This document shows, in pieces, positions 30,717 to 41,256 of a stretch of 64,000 bases of DNA. The translations under genes were made by a program, and so were the position numbers. Numbering within the stretch: the stretch's first letter is position 1; every line of letters starts with the position of its first letter. The notes below the pieces were generated by a model that saw nothing but the letters and a program-made list of their open reading frames with translations, was not told the origin of the DNA and made no database searches. The DNA is from an uncultured cyanobacterium (lineage in GTDB: Bacteria > Cyanobacteriota > Cyanobacteriia > Cyanobacteriales > CAWCAG01), in assembly GCA_963793425.1 (NCBI GenBank), contig CAWCAG010000009.1, forward strand, positions 160,001 to 224,000, in the 5' to 3' direction.

Positions 30717-31711
30717 TTTATGGTCGGATTAATTTAGCCCAAAGCTTGCTAAAATCTCAACAGCAATCCCCTTTATCTAACTCAGAGATCGCTCAAATTT
30801 TAGCTGTGGCTATTAAAGATGCCAATAACTTAGGGGATAAGAGGGCGGAATCTTATGGCTTAGGAACTTTAGGAAAAGTTTATCAAAACAACCAACAATG
30901 GCAAGAAGCGAAACAACTAACTGAACAAGCCTTAATTCTTTCTCAAAGTAGCAACGCCGCAGACATATCTTATCAATGGCAGTGGCAACTAGGAAAAATC
31001 CTCAATTCTCAAGGAAAAAAAGATGGTGCGATCGCGGCTTATTCTCAAGCAGTAGAAAGTCTTAAATCTCTGCGTAGTGACTTAGTAGCAGTTAATTCTG
31101 ATGTACAGTTAAAAAGCTATAGTACAAAAGTTTCTCAAACCGATGTAGAAGCAACCCTGCAAGAAATGCTGACTGCCCTTACTGTAGCGAGAAAGCGAGT
31201 GTTTATTGAGAATTTCACTGAACCTGCCCAAAAAGTCTATGATTGGGTTATTCGTCCCATTGAAAAAGACTTAGCCGCCAGCAAGATTAAAAACCTCGTC
31301 TTCATTTCTGATGGCAGTCTGCGTAGCATTCCCATCAACAGCCTCTACGACGGTGAGCAATATTTAGCAGAAAAATATAGCGTTGCCCTCGCCCCTAGTT
31401 TACAATTAGTAGACCCCAAACCCTTAGTACTTAGTGCTTGTAAAACCGCTGCTGGAGATAAACGTGCTGCTTTAGGATTAGCTGGTATGGCTGTGCGGGC
31501 AGGGGCGAGGAGTACCTTAGCTAGTTTGTGGTATGTCAGCGATGAAGCTACAGCTATCTTGATGACCAAGTTTTACGAAGAGTTATCCCAAGATAATAAT
31601 ATAACTAAAGCAGAGGCCCTGCGCCGCGCTCAAATGGCTATTTTACAAGATCAAAAGTTCTCTCATCCCTATTATTGGTCAGCGTTTGTGTTGGTGGGTA
31701 ATTGGTTGTAA
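30710..31711 (+). pseudogene. TPR-CHAT protein remnant, 5'-truncated with two in-frame internal deletions
   Basis: Starts mid-TPR. Joins NSDVQ|LKSY and DPKP|LVLSAC; no HLATHG motif; ends HPYYWSAFVLVGNWL. Confidence 0.8.
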
Positions 31712-31741
31712 CGGGTGTTTCCCAGGTAAAGGTTCGCACAT

Positions 31742-32014
31742 CTACTGGCATTCCACAATTAAAGTTATATTATCAATTCCTACGACCCGAACCTTTCGAC
31801 CTGGCAGTATCGTAACATTTTGTAAGCATCTAGCCGGCCAGTCACTAGCCCGAAAGTGGACTCTACCAATTTTGCCAGAAATAACAGTTTCTGCCACCGT
31901 TGCTTCTCTGGGGGCAAAGCGGAAAACAGGATGTTTTTCTATTGGTATGTAAGTTTGATATGGTTTGTTGTTGAGGTGACGATTAATAAGTTGCATGAAT
32001 GGGATTTGTCTCAT
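31742..32014 (-). CDS. Small soluble NfeD-like OB-fold protein
   Basis: GRVHFRASDWPARC...PGRKVRVVGIDNITLIVE. Confidence 0.75.
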   Translation of the reverse strand: MRQIPFMQLINRHLNNKPYQTYIPIEKHPVFRFAPREATVAETVISGKIGRVHFRASDWPARCLQNVTILPGRKVRVVGIDNITLIVECQ

Positions 32015-32246
32015 AATTGTAATATCCCTATCTTAGATTCACAAAAGTGAGGTTGGCCTTCACTTATGCCACTTTTTTAAACTGGCCTAATTTCTCTCAG
32101 GGTAGAAATAATGCTAGATACTGTTTGGTTGCGTAGGTTATTTGTTGAGGTAGGGAGTAGGGAGTAGGCAGCATTTAAGTCTTTTGCAAAGATAAAAGAT
32201 AATAGAGCTTCAATAAGTCACACACTAGGGAGTAGCAAACATTTGG

Positions 32247-34400
32247 TTACTTCAGTTGATCACATCCCAAACGGGGCAACCTTTTTTGCCAAGCTACTCG
32301 CACTCTTTTATCATCATTACCACTAGCAATAACCAGCTTTTTTTCTACTTCCCTAATATCCACACTATTAAAATTATCTTTACCTTTTTCAATGTTCTCG
32401 CCTTTAGAGAATTCTTTACTACGAGAACCTTCTTTGTCAAGGGGCCAAAACTTAACTTTACCATCATCGCTACCACTAACTAAATAGCAACCATCAGCAC
32501 TCAAAGCAACTGAACGAACGGGGTTTTTGCCGTGGCCATCTGACCATTGATCTATAACTTTGCACTCCCTTCCTTCTAATAAACAGTCACCCATATCCCA
32601 CAGGGTAATTCTACCTTGATTATCTGCTGTTACAACCCGATAAGGTTTAAATTCTGCTACATCTATAGCTTCGATATAACTATCTTTACCACCCTTGGGA
32701 TAGTTGTCTATTTCTACTACTTTCTTTTCGCTTAAGTTCAGACGGCTAAACTTGTTATATCTTCCGGCAATTAATAAATTACTATCATCTTCTCCAGCAA
32801 ACTTAAGGGATTCTGCTGTGGAATTAAAATCGTATAAAGGTAGAGGTTTTCTTGTTGTTGAACTTTCATCTATTTCCTGTTTTAAATCCCATAAAATAAT
32901 TGCTCCGCTCCCATGACCACTGACTAGAAAGCGAGAATTATTGGTGAATTCCAAAGCTAAAACCCGGTCATCTTTTTCGGCACTAAAAGCTTCTATGGGT
33001 TGTTGGCGATTTTCTAAAAGATTCCAAATTTGAATTTCACCGTTTTCTAATCCAGCAGCAATTAAGTTATTATTTACTGGGCGATAAGTAGCTACACGTA
33101 CTTCCTTTTTAGCATTGCCCACAACCCCAATTTTAGGATTAAGTAAAGGTCGCCAGAAAGAAAAACCATCAACTCGCCAAGCGATTATTCTTTGGTCTTG
33201 AGAGCTACTAATTATCTGTTCTCCTACACCATTTAGTTGTACAGAGTTAACGGCTTCTTTATGTTTGGTGTTACTAGGATTAAAAGGAGAAAATTGGAAA
33301 GCCAGGAAAAGTAAACCAAATAGTCCGATTAACCTTAACCATAAAGGTACAATCGGTTTAACCAGTAGTTCAATATCTTGGCTTTCGTTGCGAGTATCTA
33401 AACGATGATCTGACCAAAGGGCGTTAATTTGTAATAATATTTTGTTGGCAAATAACCAAGGGCGCTTACTATTAGCTTGGAGTAATAAAACCCCTGTTTC
33501 TCCAGGAGCAATTTCAGCATTTTCCGGAAGAATTTCAAATTCGCTTTGACCCGGATCTTCGACTTCTATATCTACTCCAACTTCCTGTTCAACATTACTT
33601 TCATTTTTAAATTGCAATTCATAACTAACAGGATGAGAACGCCAGAAAGTCCAACTAAATTTTTTAGTCGGGATGACGTGTCTGGGAGGATCAATGGCGA
33701 AGTCTACAAAACCAGAAGGCAAGACTTCTAATGTACCGCTTATTTGTGAAGCAGGGCCATTACTTTGAGTGGCATCAATGGTAAAAGTGTAGTTTTTACT
33801 AACAGCTTCTTTCCCTTCAGGAAGCTGACAAGTTAAAGTGGTTTCTACTTCCTTTCCGGGAGGAATTTCTAAGTTATGATCTACACCATTAACTAGCCAC
33901 TGAGGATCTAATCCTAAAAGATTTAAAAAAGCCTCAGCAGGAAGTTGACTAGGATTATAAACTCTAACCGGAATATCAACTTGTGCGCCAGGATATTCTT
34001 GAAAATCATCAACAGGTAAAGTTAATTGTAGCGGAATTAACCCTTTACCTTGTTCCAAGTTTAAGCGCAGAATTTCTCTATCTTCATCTCGCAATTCAAT
34101 AGAAAAAGCCCTTACTGTCAGGTTCATCATTCCTACAAAACCTGGTACAGGAGAATCTTTAATAGCTACATGAAATCTTGTAATATCTCCCGGTGGCTTT
34201 TTGGTACTCACTTCAGGAGAAACATTGTACCAATCATAATTTTGATTACTACCTGCACCGGCGGCAATAACTTCTAATTGGAAACTAGCAAAACGCTCAC
34301 TTTCATTAATAACTTCTACTTCAAAATAAGCTGGTTGTTCCCCTGGTTTAAATTTGAGCTGTTTAGGATTAACTTTTGTGGTGATGGTGTTATCAGGCAT
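32247..34400 (-). CDS. CIS-associated membrane protein: Ig-like repeats, TM helix, WD40 propeller
   Basis: Three beta-rich modules, TM LWLRLIGLFGLLFLAF, WD repeats (IILWD, ITLWD, VKFW); last gene of the baseplate cluster. Confidence 0.8.
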   Translation of the reverse strand: MPDNTITTKVNPKQLKFKPGEQPAYFEVEVINESERFASFQLEVIAAGAGSNQNYDWYNVSPEVSTKKPPGDITRFHVAIKDSPVPGFVGMMNLTVRAFSIELRDEDREILRLNLEQGKGLIPLQLTLPVDDFQEYPGAQVDIPVRVYNPSQLPAEAFLNLLGLDPQWLVNGVDHNLEIPPGKEVETTLTCQLPEGKEAVSKNYTFTIDATQSNGPASQISGTLEVLPSGFVDFAIDPPRHVIPTKKFSWTFWRSHPVSYELQFKNESNVEQEVGVDIEVEDPGQSEFEILPENAEIAPGETGVLLLQANSKRPWLFANKILLQINALWSDHRLDTRNESQDIELLVKPIVPLWLRLIGLFGLLFLAFQFSPFNPSNTKHKEAVNSVQLNGVGEQIISSSQDQRIIAWRVDGFSFWRPLLNPKIGVVGNAKKEVRVATYRPVNNNLIAAGLENGEIQIWNLLENRQQPIEAFSAEKDDRVLALEFTNNSRFLVSGHGSGAIILWDLKQEIDESSTTRKPLPLYDFNSTAESLKFAGEDDSNLLIAGRYNKFSRLNLSEKKVVEIDNYPKGGKDSYIEAIDVAEFKPYRVVTADNQGRITLWDMGDCLLEGRECKVIDQWSDGHGKNPVRSVALSADGCYLVSGSDDGKVKFWPLDKEGSRSKEFSKGENIEKGKDNFNSVDIREVEKKLVIASGNDDKRVRVAWQKRLPRLGCDQLK

Positions 34401-34430
34401 TTTGTTTGAGGGAGCAAGAAATATGAGGAA

Positions 34431-34666
34431 AAGCTATGTACCTTATGTGGCTTAGAATTGCGATAAATTAAGGGGGTTGGGGGTAGGCAGCAGCAGTAAA
34501 GTAATTAATAATAGGTAAGAAGAAGATGAGATTATGGGTAAGCTAAGACGTATTTAAACTGAGATTTTTTGCCTTAACTAAATTTCCACCAATGTCTTTA
34601 CTGCTCCCCACTCCCTACTCCCTGCTCCCCTGCCCTAGCCATACAATCTAAATACCTGACAGCTTA
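34431..34666. mobile_element. MITE end plus a complete MITE-like element
   Basis: 34431-34466 matches an end of the 9949 MITE; 34539-34666 is bounded by TAAGCTAAGACGTATTTA / TAAATACCTGACAGCTTA. Confidence 0.6.
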
Positions 34667-34712
34667 GCTATTTATAGCATATTCTTTAGCATTTCAGATA
34701 ATAAGTACTTTG

Positions 34713-36095
34713 TTAGTTATTTTCTTGATCTCTTAGTAGTTTTGCCCTTGCTTGTAAGCTTTTTAAATAATTAACATCAATATTACGACCTTGATAATGA
34801 GTATTTCTAGCTTGGTCAATTTCTAAACGTAATTCGTCCATTTGCTCTGTTAAACCAGCTTCACGAGCATCAATTACCGTAGCCATGGCTTGGAATACCC
34901 TAGCTAATTCTCCCACTTCATCGGTACGCTGAACAATATTATCTAAAACTTCAGGTTGAAAGTTTTCTGACTCAATATCCCGCGCCGATTGATTTAAGCA
35001 GCGGATTGGTTGTACAATCCAACGGGAGGTTATTAATCCTAGTACTGTTGATAAGGCAGTAATGATCACGGCTAAGACAAAGGTAAAGCGTTGGGAAGTA
35101 TAAATAGAACCGAGAAAATCAGCTTCTGGAATAACTATTACTATTAACCAATCTAAACCTAACTTTTCTTTAGCTGATTGGACTTGTACTAATTGTTCAC
35201 CACCCTTAAAATCGAACATAAATTGTTCTTGATCTACCGGAATATTTTTTAAGCCACCAAACTCTTCAATTAAGGCTTTTTGAGTTGCTTGAACTAAAGG
35301 ATTAGAACTATCAGCAGCATTTAAACGTTCATTATTCTTGAAAGCTGGTTCCTCTGCTGAACTAGCTACAATATTTCCAGAAGGTTCTATAATAAAAGCG
35401 ATCGCCTCTCCTGATGTCCCAATTTCTAACTCTCGGAGAAACTTGCTGATTTCTGCTAAGGGAATATCAATTTCTAATACGCCGAGAAGAGAGCGATTTT
35501 TATCGTAAATCGGTAAAGCAGAAGTAACAAGTAAAGTGTTTTTTGAAGCAGAAGGAAAAATTGACGACCAAGTTAAAGTTTCTTCCCGTAAAGCAGCTTG
35601 ATACCAAGGACGTTCTTTAACATCAAAAGGAATAATTTCTGGGTTTCCTACCCGATTTCCTTGTTGATCAAGACTGTATATTTCCACATTAGATTGATTA
35701 GGTTCATCTATCAACCAAAGCAAGGTATCTCCATCTCTTTTTTCGATGCCAACATATTCTCCAGCAGCGTTAGCAAAGAAAATACTTGGTATCAAATCTG
35801 ATTTGTTTTGTAATTCCCAAAAGAAATCTCCAATAGCTGCAATATCTTTTAATTCTTCTCCTGGAACTATAGCGAATTCACTAACGCGGTTAACAATTTT
35901 TGGTGTATCTAAATAGTTTTTGACATTAGCTTTAATATGATCACTGGTTTCAGCACTTAATTGTTCAGCTAGTTCATGGGCAGCTTTTTGTCCACTACGA
36001 AAAGCTAACCAGTTTGTTAAACCTACAGCAGTAATTATCGGAGTAACAATTAATAAAGGAATAGTCCAGCTAATAGAAAGATGAGGGAGTTTCAT
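34713..36095 (-). CDS. Membrane sensor TM-dCache-TM-HAMP with short tail and no enzymatic output
   Basis: FDVKERPWY Cache motif, DEVGELARVF HAMP, tail LRLEIDQ...YLKSLQARAKLLR. ATG 36095 preferred. Confidence 0.85.
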   Translation of the reverse strand: MKLPHLSISWTIPLLIVTPIITAVGLTNWLAFRSGQKAAHELAEQLSAETSDHIKANVKNYLDTPKIVNRVSEFAIVPGEELKDIAAIGDFFWELQNKSDLIPSIFFANAAGEYVGIEKRDGDTLLWLIDEPNQSNVEIYSLDQQGNRVGNPEIIPFDVKERPWYQAALREETLTWSSIFPSASKNTLLVTSALPIYDKNRSLLGVLEIDIPLAEISKFLRELEIGTSGEAIAFIIEPSGNIVASSAEEPAFKNNERLNAADSSNPLVQATQKALIEEFGGLKNIPVDQEQFMFDFKGGEQLVQVQSAKEKLGLDWLIVIVIPEADFLGSIYTSQRFTFVLAVIITALSTVLGLITSRWIVQPIRCLNQSARDIESENFQPEVLDNIVQRTDEVGELARVFQAMATVIDAREAGLTEQMDELRLEIDQARNTHYQGRNIDVNYLKSLQARAKLLRDQENN

Positions 36096-36152
36096 TTTTT
36101 TAAGTAACAGGTAATAGGTAAAATACTGTTCCCGATTAGCAACTAGCAAATA

Positions 36153-37622
36153 TTACATCAACTGCTCAAACAATTGATCACTACGTTTTGATTTTTTAGC
36201 TTTCTCTTTCTTGGGGGATTGTGGTTGTTGGGGAGGAGGAGTTGGAGTTGGGTTTGCTTGGGCCTTTTGTAGTTGGATCATTTGTTTGCGATACCAAGCA
36301 TAAAGTAAAATATTAATACCCATTTCTTGGGCAGTACGGATTGTTTCTCTGGGTAAAGCAAGTTCTGGATCTAAACCCCAAGCTAAAGATAAATTGCCAA
36401 TAATAGCAACGATGCCTCCTCCGGTTAGAATTTGTAGCCCTTGCCTTTTGATTTTTGGTAGTGCCGCAAATAAGAAAGGTTTGGTACGTAAAGGATGATC
36501 GCGAGGCAAATCATCAAATAACCTTAAAGGAGTATTTAACTTTGTGGCTAAGTCTTGAAATACTCCCGAACTGCTACTAATTCTTGCGGCTAAATCTTCT
36601 TTAACAGCAAACAATTCTGCTTCTAAATCTGGGACATAACCAGCTAATTCTGGATCTTCTGCTACATCTGCGATCGCCTGTTGCAATTCCTGTTGAATTT
36701 GTAACAAAGCACCTAAACTATTACCTTGAGTAGCAACTTCTACTAAAAGTAGCCCACCCTTAGTTAAATAATCTTCTAAAAGTTTAACTTCTGCTTGCTC
36801 AAATTCAGCTTCCGGCTGATAATTTAAGTAAATTAAATCCTGGTCTAAACTTTCTTCTTGCTCTTTTACTTCAGCTAAATTAATCTCAGCTATAACATCT
36901 TCACCTTGGAGAAATGGATATAGTCCAGGGAGAGATTGTAATAAATAACTTAAGTTAGTAATATTTTTTTCTTGTTGAGGAGAAGCATCAGCAATAACTC
37001 CTGTACTAATAATAGATTGAGGGCGGGATCTAGCTTGTTGACGAAAGCGTAAATCTAGTTCATTTTTCTGGGGATAAAAGACATCTTGAGCATTTCTTAA
37101 TTCCACAGGAAGATTATTTCTTTCTTTCCCCCCCGGCGGTAAAACCACACGACACAATTCTACTTCTGTTTCACTAGGGGGAGTAGCCTTTTCAACGATG
37201 CGAAAGGTTTCTTTAACTAATTCATTTTGAGGTTTGCGGTGTAACTTTTCTGGATCAACATAACTAATTGCCAGGTATACAGTCATCGGTAAATCACTCC
37301 GGTTTTCCGAAGAAATCCGAAAATCCATTTGATCTGTAATCACAATAAAGTTGCCAAACAAATCAATAGCAATGCCCGGCTGAATTTGAACCCAACGCTT
37401 ATCTCGATACTTAGCACTAACCTCCATAGGAGGAGGAATAATATGTACTCCTAAGTCGCAAACAATCCCCGGTTGATTGAGGGATTGAAAGTGAACATTT
37501 TGTCTCTGACGATGATAATCATGGGCCAACCGCCAGCGTTCAGCATTAATTAATAAACCATCTCGGATAGAAATACGTTCAAAAGGTTTAATTGTAGGCG
37601 GAGGGAGATGATTATTTTTCAT
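36153..37622 (-). CDS. CIS-associated DUF4159-like protein
   Basis: N-terminal baseplate-like segment (DGLLINAERW..HDYHRQR..GIVCDL..PGIAID); C-terminal YLTKGGLLLVE...AQEMGINIL. Confidence 0.7.
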   Translation of the reverse strand: MKNNHLPPPTIKPFERISIRDGLLINAERWRLAHDYHRQRQNVHFQSLNQPGIVCDLGVHIIPPPMEVSAKYRDKRWVQIQPGIAIDLFGNFIVITDQMDFRISSENRSDLPMTVYLAISYVDPEKLHRKPQNELVKETFRIVEKATPPSETEVELCRVVLPPGGKERNNLPVELRNAQDVFYPQKNELDLRFRQQARSRPQSIISTGVIADASPQQEKNITNLSYLLQSLPGLYPFLQGEDVIAEINLAEVKEQEESLDQDLIYLNYQPEAEFEQAEVKLLEDYLTKGGLLLVEVATQGNSLGALLQIQQELQQAIADVAEDPELAGYVPDLEAELFAVKEDLAARISSSSGVFQDLATKLNTPLRLFDDLPRDHPLRTKPFLFAALPKIKRQGLQILTGGGIVAIIGNLSLAWGLDPELALPRETIRTAQEMGINILLYAWYRKQMIQLQKAQANPTPTPPPQQPQSPKKEKAKKSKRSDQLFEQLM

Positions 37623-37646
37623 TTGTTATGAATTAGGTGAGTGGGG

Positions 37647-37748
37647 AATAAGGAATAAGTAATAAGGAATAAGTAATAAGGAATAAGTAATAAGGAATAA
37701 GTAATAAGGAATAAGTAACGACAAATGATAAATGATAAATGATAAATG
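37647..37748. repeat. STRR: alternating AATAAGG/AATAAGT, then AAATGAT
   Basis: Read directly. Confidence 0.9.
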
Positions 37749-37749
37749 T

Positions 37750-38832
37750 TTACTGTTCAATGGATAATTCATAGGTGGAGAAAACAGGCTTTTCTTGTTC
37801 GATAATTTGTTTAACTAACTTGAGATCGATTTCTTGTTCTGGCATTGGTTTGAGACGAACCAGAAAATGGTAAGGTCTGCCGCCGCCGACAATAGAATCT
37901 TGTCCTAAATGAGTTCCTCCAGTGACGAATCCTTGCCCGAATACTTCAGAAATGCTGATATGTTTCTCCGTCTCAGGCAATCCCTCATCTAAAGGCAAAC
38001 CTGTAAATAGATGTAAATACAATCGCAAACCTCGCCTGGTTCCGCGCCAACGGTATACTTCCATGGCTTGGCGAATTAAATATCGTTGTCGCTGCAAACT
38101 TAAGTGAGGTGTTAGTTCCCAGCCTACCCAATAAGCCAAAAAAGGTAACAATGATTCCGGGGCTGTTAAGGGATCTAAATAAGCCCACAAGCCTTCTAAG
38201 GCATTTACAGCAGGTTCAAAACTCTCTTCAAAAAGTTTCAGTATACGACCGACAAAATCAACTTCCCGATAAACATCTGGTAAAAAGTTGAGATAGAGGC
38301 TGCGAGGGCGAACGTAGAGTTGAAAAGGTTGAGTGGCGATGCAGGGTAACTCTTCGGGAATCTCTGCTGTTTCTGGGTTGTAGGGGCCATAATTGACGTA
38401 AGCTTTACCAACATAGTCTAATTCTAAAGCTCGGCCATCGGTAGGTTGTTGATTGTTCTCAAAAAAGTCTGGGGGAATCTGCAAATAAAGTACTGCTTCC
38501 ATTTCTCCTCCGGGAGGCAAAGTATGGCCTTCCATACCAATACGACACCAAGGGGTAGGAAAATTCCCTTCTGCGGCAATATCCAAATAAATCCAACGAT
38601 TACTGTGGTTAGCAACTCTGACTAAGATTTCACTTGGTTCTTCTGGGTAAATAACTAGCTTGCAACCTGTTTTACCTAACTTAGCTTCCTGATTCCGATC
38701 AACCAAAGCACTCGAAGAGAGAAACTCGCTATTCTTTTTATCCCTACCAATAGGCTGAGGCTCACTTTCTGATATCTTCATAGATACCAGTTGTAAGCTT
38801 AGGGGTAAAAGTTCTTCGCGGGCTTGGGTCAT
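37750..38832 (-). CDS. Phage tail protein I-like baseplate wedge subunit
   Basis: YLNFLPDVY, YLDPLTAPESLLPFLAYWVG, YRWRGTRRGL motifs. Confidence 0.88.
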   Translation of the reverse strand: MTQAREELLPLSLQLVSMKISESEPQPIGRDKKNSEFLSSSALVDRNQEAKLGKTGCKLVIYPEEPSEILVRVANHSNRWIYLDIAAEGNFPTPWCRIGMEGHTLPPGGEMEAVLYLQIPPDFFENNQQPTDGRALELDYVGKAYVNYGPYNPETAEIPEELPCIATQPFQLYVRPRSLYLNFLPDVYREVDFVGRILKLFEESFEPAVNALEGLWAYLDPLTAPESLLPFLAYWVGWELTPHLSLQRQRYLIRQAMEVYRWRGTRRGLRLYLHLFTGLPLDEGLPETEKHISISEVFGQGFVTGGTHLGQDSIVGGGRPYHFLVRLKPMPEQEIDLKLVKQIIEQEKPVFSTYELSIEQ

Positions 38833-38921
38833 AAATAAATTTGCTAATGGCTAATGGCTGATGGCTAATGGCTGATGGCTAATTGTTCTCCCTATCCATT
38901 GTTAGTTTACTCGTTGGAGAC

Positions 38922-41125
38922 TTAAATTAAATTGATTACGTGGCCCGAACGCAGTTGGTGGTCGTACCAGGAACAGATTAAACCCAGAGGGCGGGGTCGA
39001 TAACCGGTTCTTTAGGTAATCGCCTGATCCAATTTCTACCGTCATGGCGAATTTCAAACAGTTGTACTGTTCCTAAATAACGTACTCCGGGAATGATTTG
39101 AAACAAGTTAACAATATCTGAAGAATAAACTTGTCTGCCAAAAGGCCAGCCTGTACCTTCTGGCCCTCCCGTGAGGGGATTGAGGAAACGGTAGAGGGCA
39201 ACTTGAAGTTGATTGAGAATTTCCTGTTGGGTTTGGGGATTATTGTACTCTGGTTCTAGGGCTACCTCCGTTTGTACCGCTACACCAACATATTCTGCTT
39301 GATGACATTTCACTTCTACCCCTAACAAACGCCGTTCATCCAAGTAAGCGATAACTTGGTCAACAATACTCTGGTTAAGATTAAACCAATCGGGGTGAAT
39401 ACCTTCTCTCCTCGCAATGCCATCCAGATTAGCTTGGGGAACTAAAACCAGGCGGACTACCCCAGCATCATCTTGACTTAAAGAAGGAATGCAACGAGTC
39501 CGGGCGATTGCACCCATGCCAGCGGCTTTAGCTAGGGTTTCAAAGTCTTCTGCGGTTACGGCGCGATCGCGGGTACGTAATAGTTTTGGTACTCTAATCA
39601 CAGCATTTTCCAATGATTCTGCATCCGAACCATGGCGGGCTGGTTTGTGGTTGGTAACCCTCGCAACATAAGGAACAGCGGATTTTATGATTGTGACGGT
39701 TTGGCTTTGGACGTTGCCCCTCAGCCCTCCTCCAGTGCGATAAGCTACCATACGAATAGTTGAACCCCTAGGAGGTACAGCCCCATACTGGCGTTCCATT
39801 TGTTGTATATCTGGAGGAAGCCCAGGTTGATCGCTATCACTGGCGGGGCCAGTCCTAGCAGATTGGAGGTGAGTTCGCCAATGAGTCACGCTTTGTAATT
39901 GGGCTGGTTCACGAATCAAAGGCCCAAATTGTACAACTCCGGTGGTGGAATCTAGGGTATAGTGCAAATCTTCATTTGTAGATTCAGCAAAATCTGGTAC
40001 TTCTTGCCAATTTTGGGGCAGTCCCACCGGGGGACTAACGACAATATATTCCTCTTCAGTTCGAGGCAAAATGGGGGTTTCTTGGAGTTGGAAAGTTTGA
40101 CCAGGCTGTCCATCACTATCCCCCAAAATTTCATCCCGGACTAAAGTAGATTGGGTAGCCCCAATTGTTCCCCCCAAGGAACGACTACTTAAACCAACTA
40201 CGCGAGGAGAACTAAAATAACCGGGTTGGCGGTCATGTTTTTTGGCATAAACACATCGCAACCACCGCCCTTGATAAGTGACAAACTGAGTTACTGGCCA
40301 ACTTTGGGGAGTATGGAAAATAACATCTGTACCATCAAAAGGATCTCCCCCTTCTCTGGTTAACTGGGCAAAGCTAAATCCTTCAGTACTGTCATCCTCT
40401 TCTTTAAGCAAAACAGGTTCCCAAAAAGCCCCATTCCAAGCTTCCCAACGTCGGGGCGGTTGTTCAGGGTTAATTCCTGTAGAAGTAGCAGCCTCTCCTT
40501 TAAAATTTACAGAAATAACATTCCCGGCAATGGGTTCATCAGGATTAAAAACCAAATAAAAACAGTTCCCTTCTTCCGGTTGTTCATTGAACAAACTTAG
40601 CTCCGGCCCTTCCCACTCTTCACCATACCCCAATCGCCAAATACCACTAAAGCGATCGCGGAGAATTTGAGGTTGAGTTTCCGTTTCCGTTGCAGTGAGG
40701 AGATGTTTAATACTAGGCTTACCAATAACTAGGGTTTCATCTGTGCGAAAAACCACTGCTTGTTCAGTTTCTGTCCGTATCGTCGCCACTTCTGTTCCGG
40801 TGGGAATACTATAAGCATTGTCCAATGAAGCACTAAGATAAAAGGTTAAAGCCGTTTTAGCTGGGGTTGGGGGTTGGAGGCGTACCCCAAGGAGTTCTAA
40901 GAAAGTAACATAGTTGCGCCTGGGAACTTGATTAAACCGCAGTAACATTTGGTCAGTTAACCAAGCGAATAACTCAATGAGAGTAATTCCTGGGTCACTA
41001 GGGTTATAATTTGTCCACTCCGGACAGTAACGAGGAATCCGTAACTTACACTCTTCTACTAAATCCTGAAATGTCCGATCATCCAAATCAGGCTTAGGTA
41101 ACTTAGGTAAAAAATCAAATTCCAT
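38922..41125 (-). CDS. Baseplate J-like assembly protein (1-nt frameshift near 38992, probably artefact)
   Basis: LDDRTF, PEWTNYNPSDPGITLIELFA, GGGLRGNV, RAVTAEDFE. Adding one G gives DPGPLGLICSWYDHQLRSGHVINLI*. Confidence 0.9.
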
Positions 41126-41256
41126 AATTTAGTTTTTATAGGGAACAGGGAAAGAGCAAAAGTAATAAGTAACAAGTAATAAGTAATAAGCTTGAACTAG
41201 ATACTAAATGCTTTTGCCATAGATATTAAAGAAACACTTCAAGCATTGATAACTGA

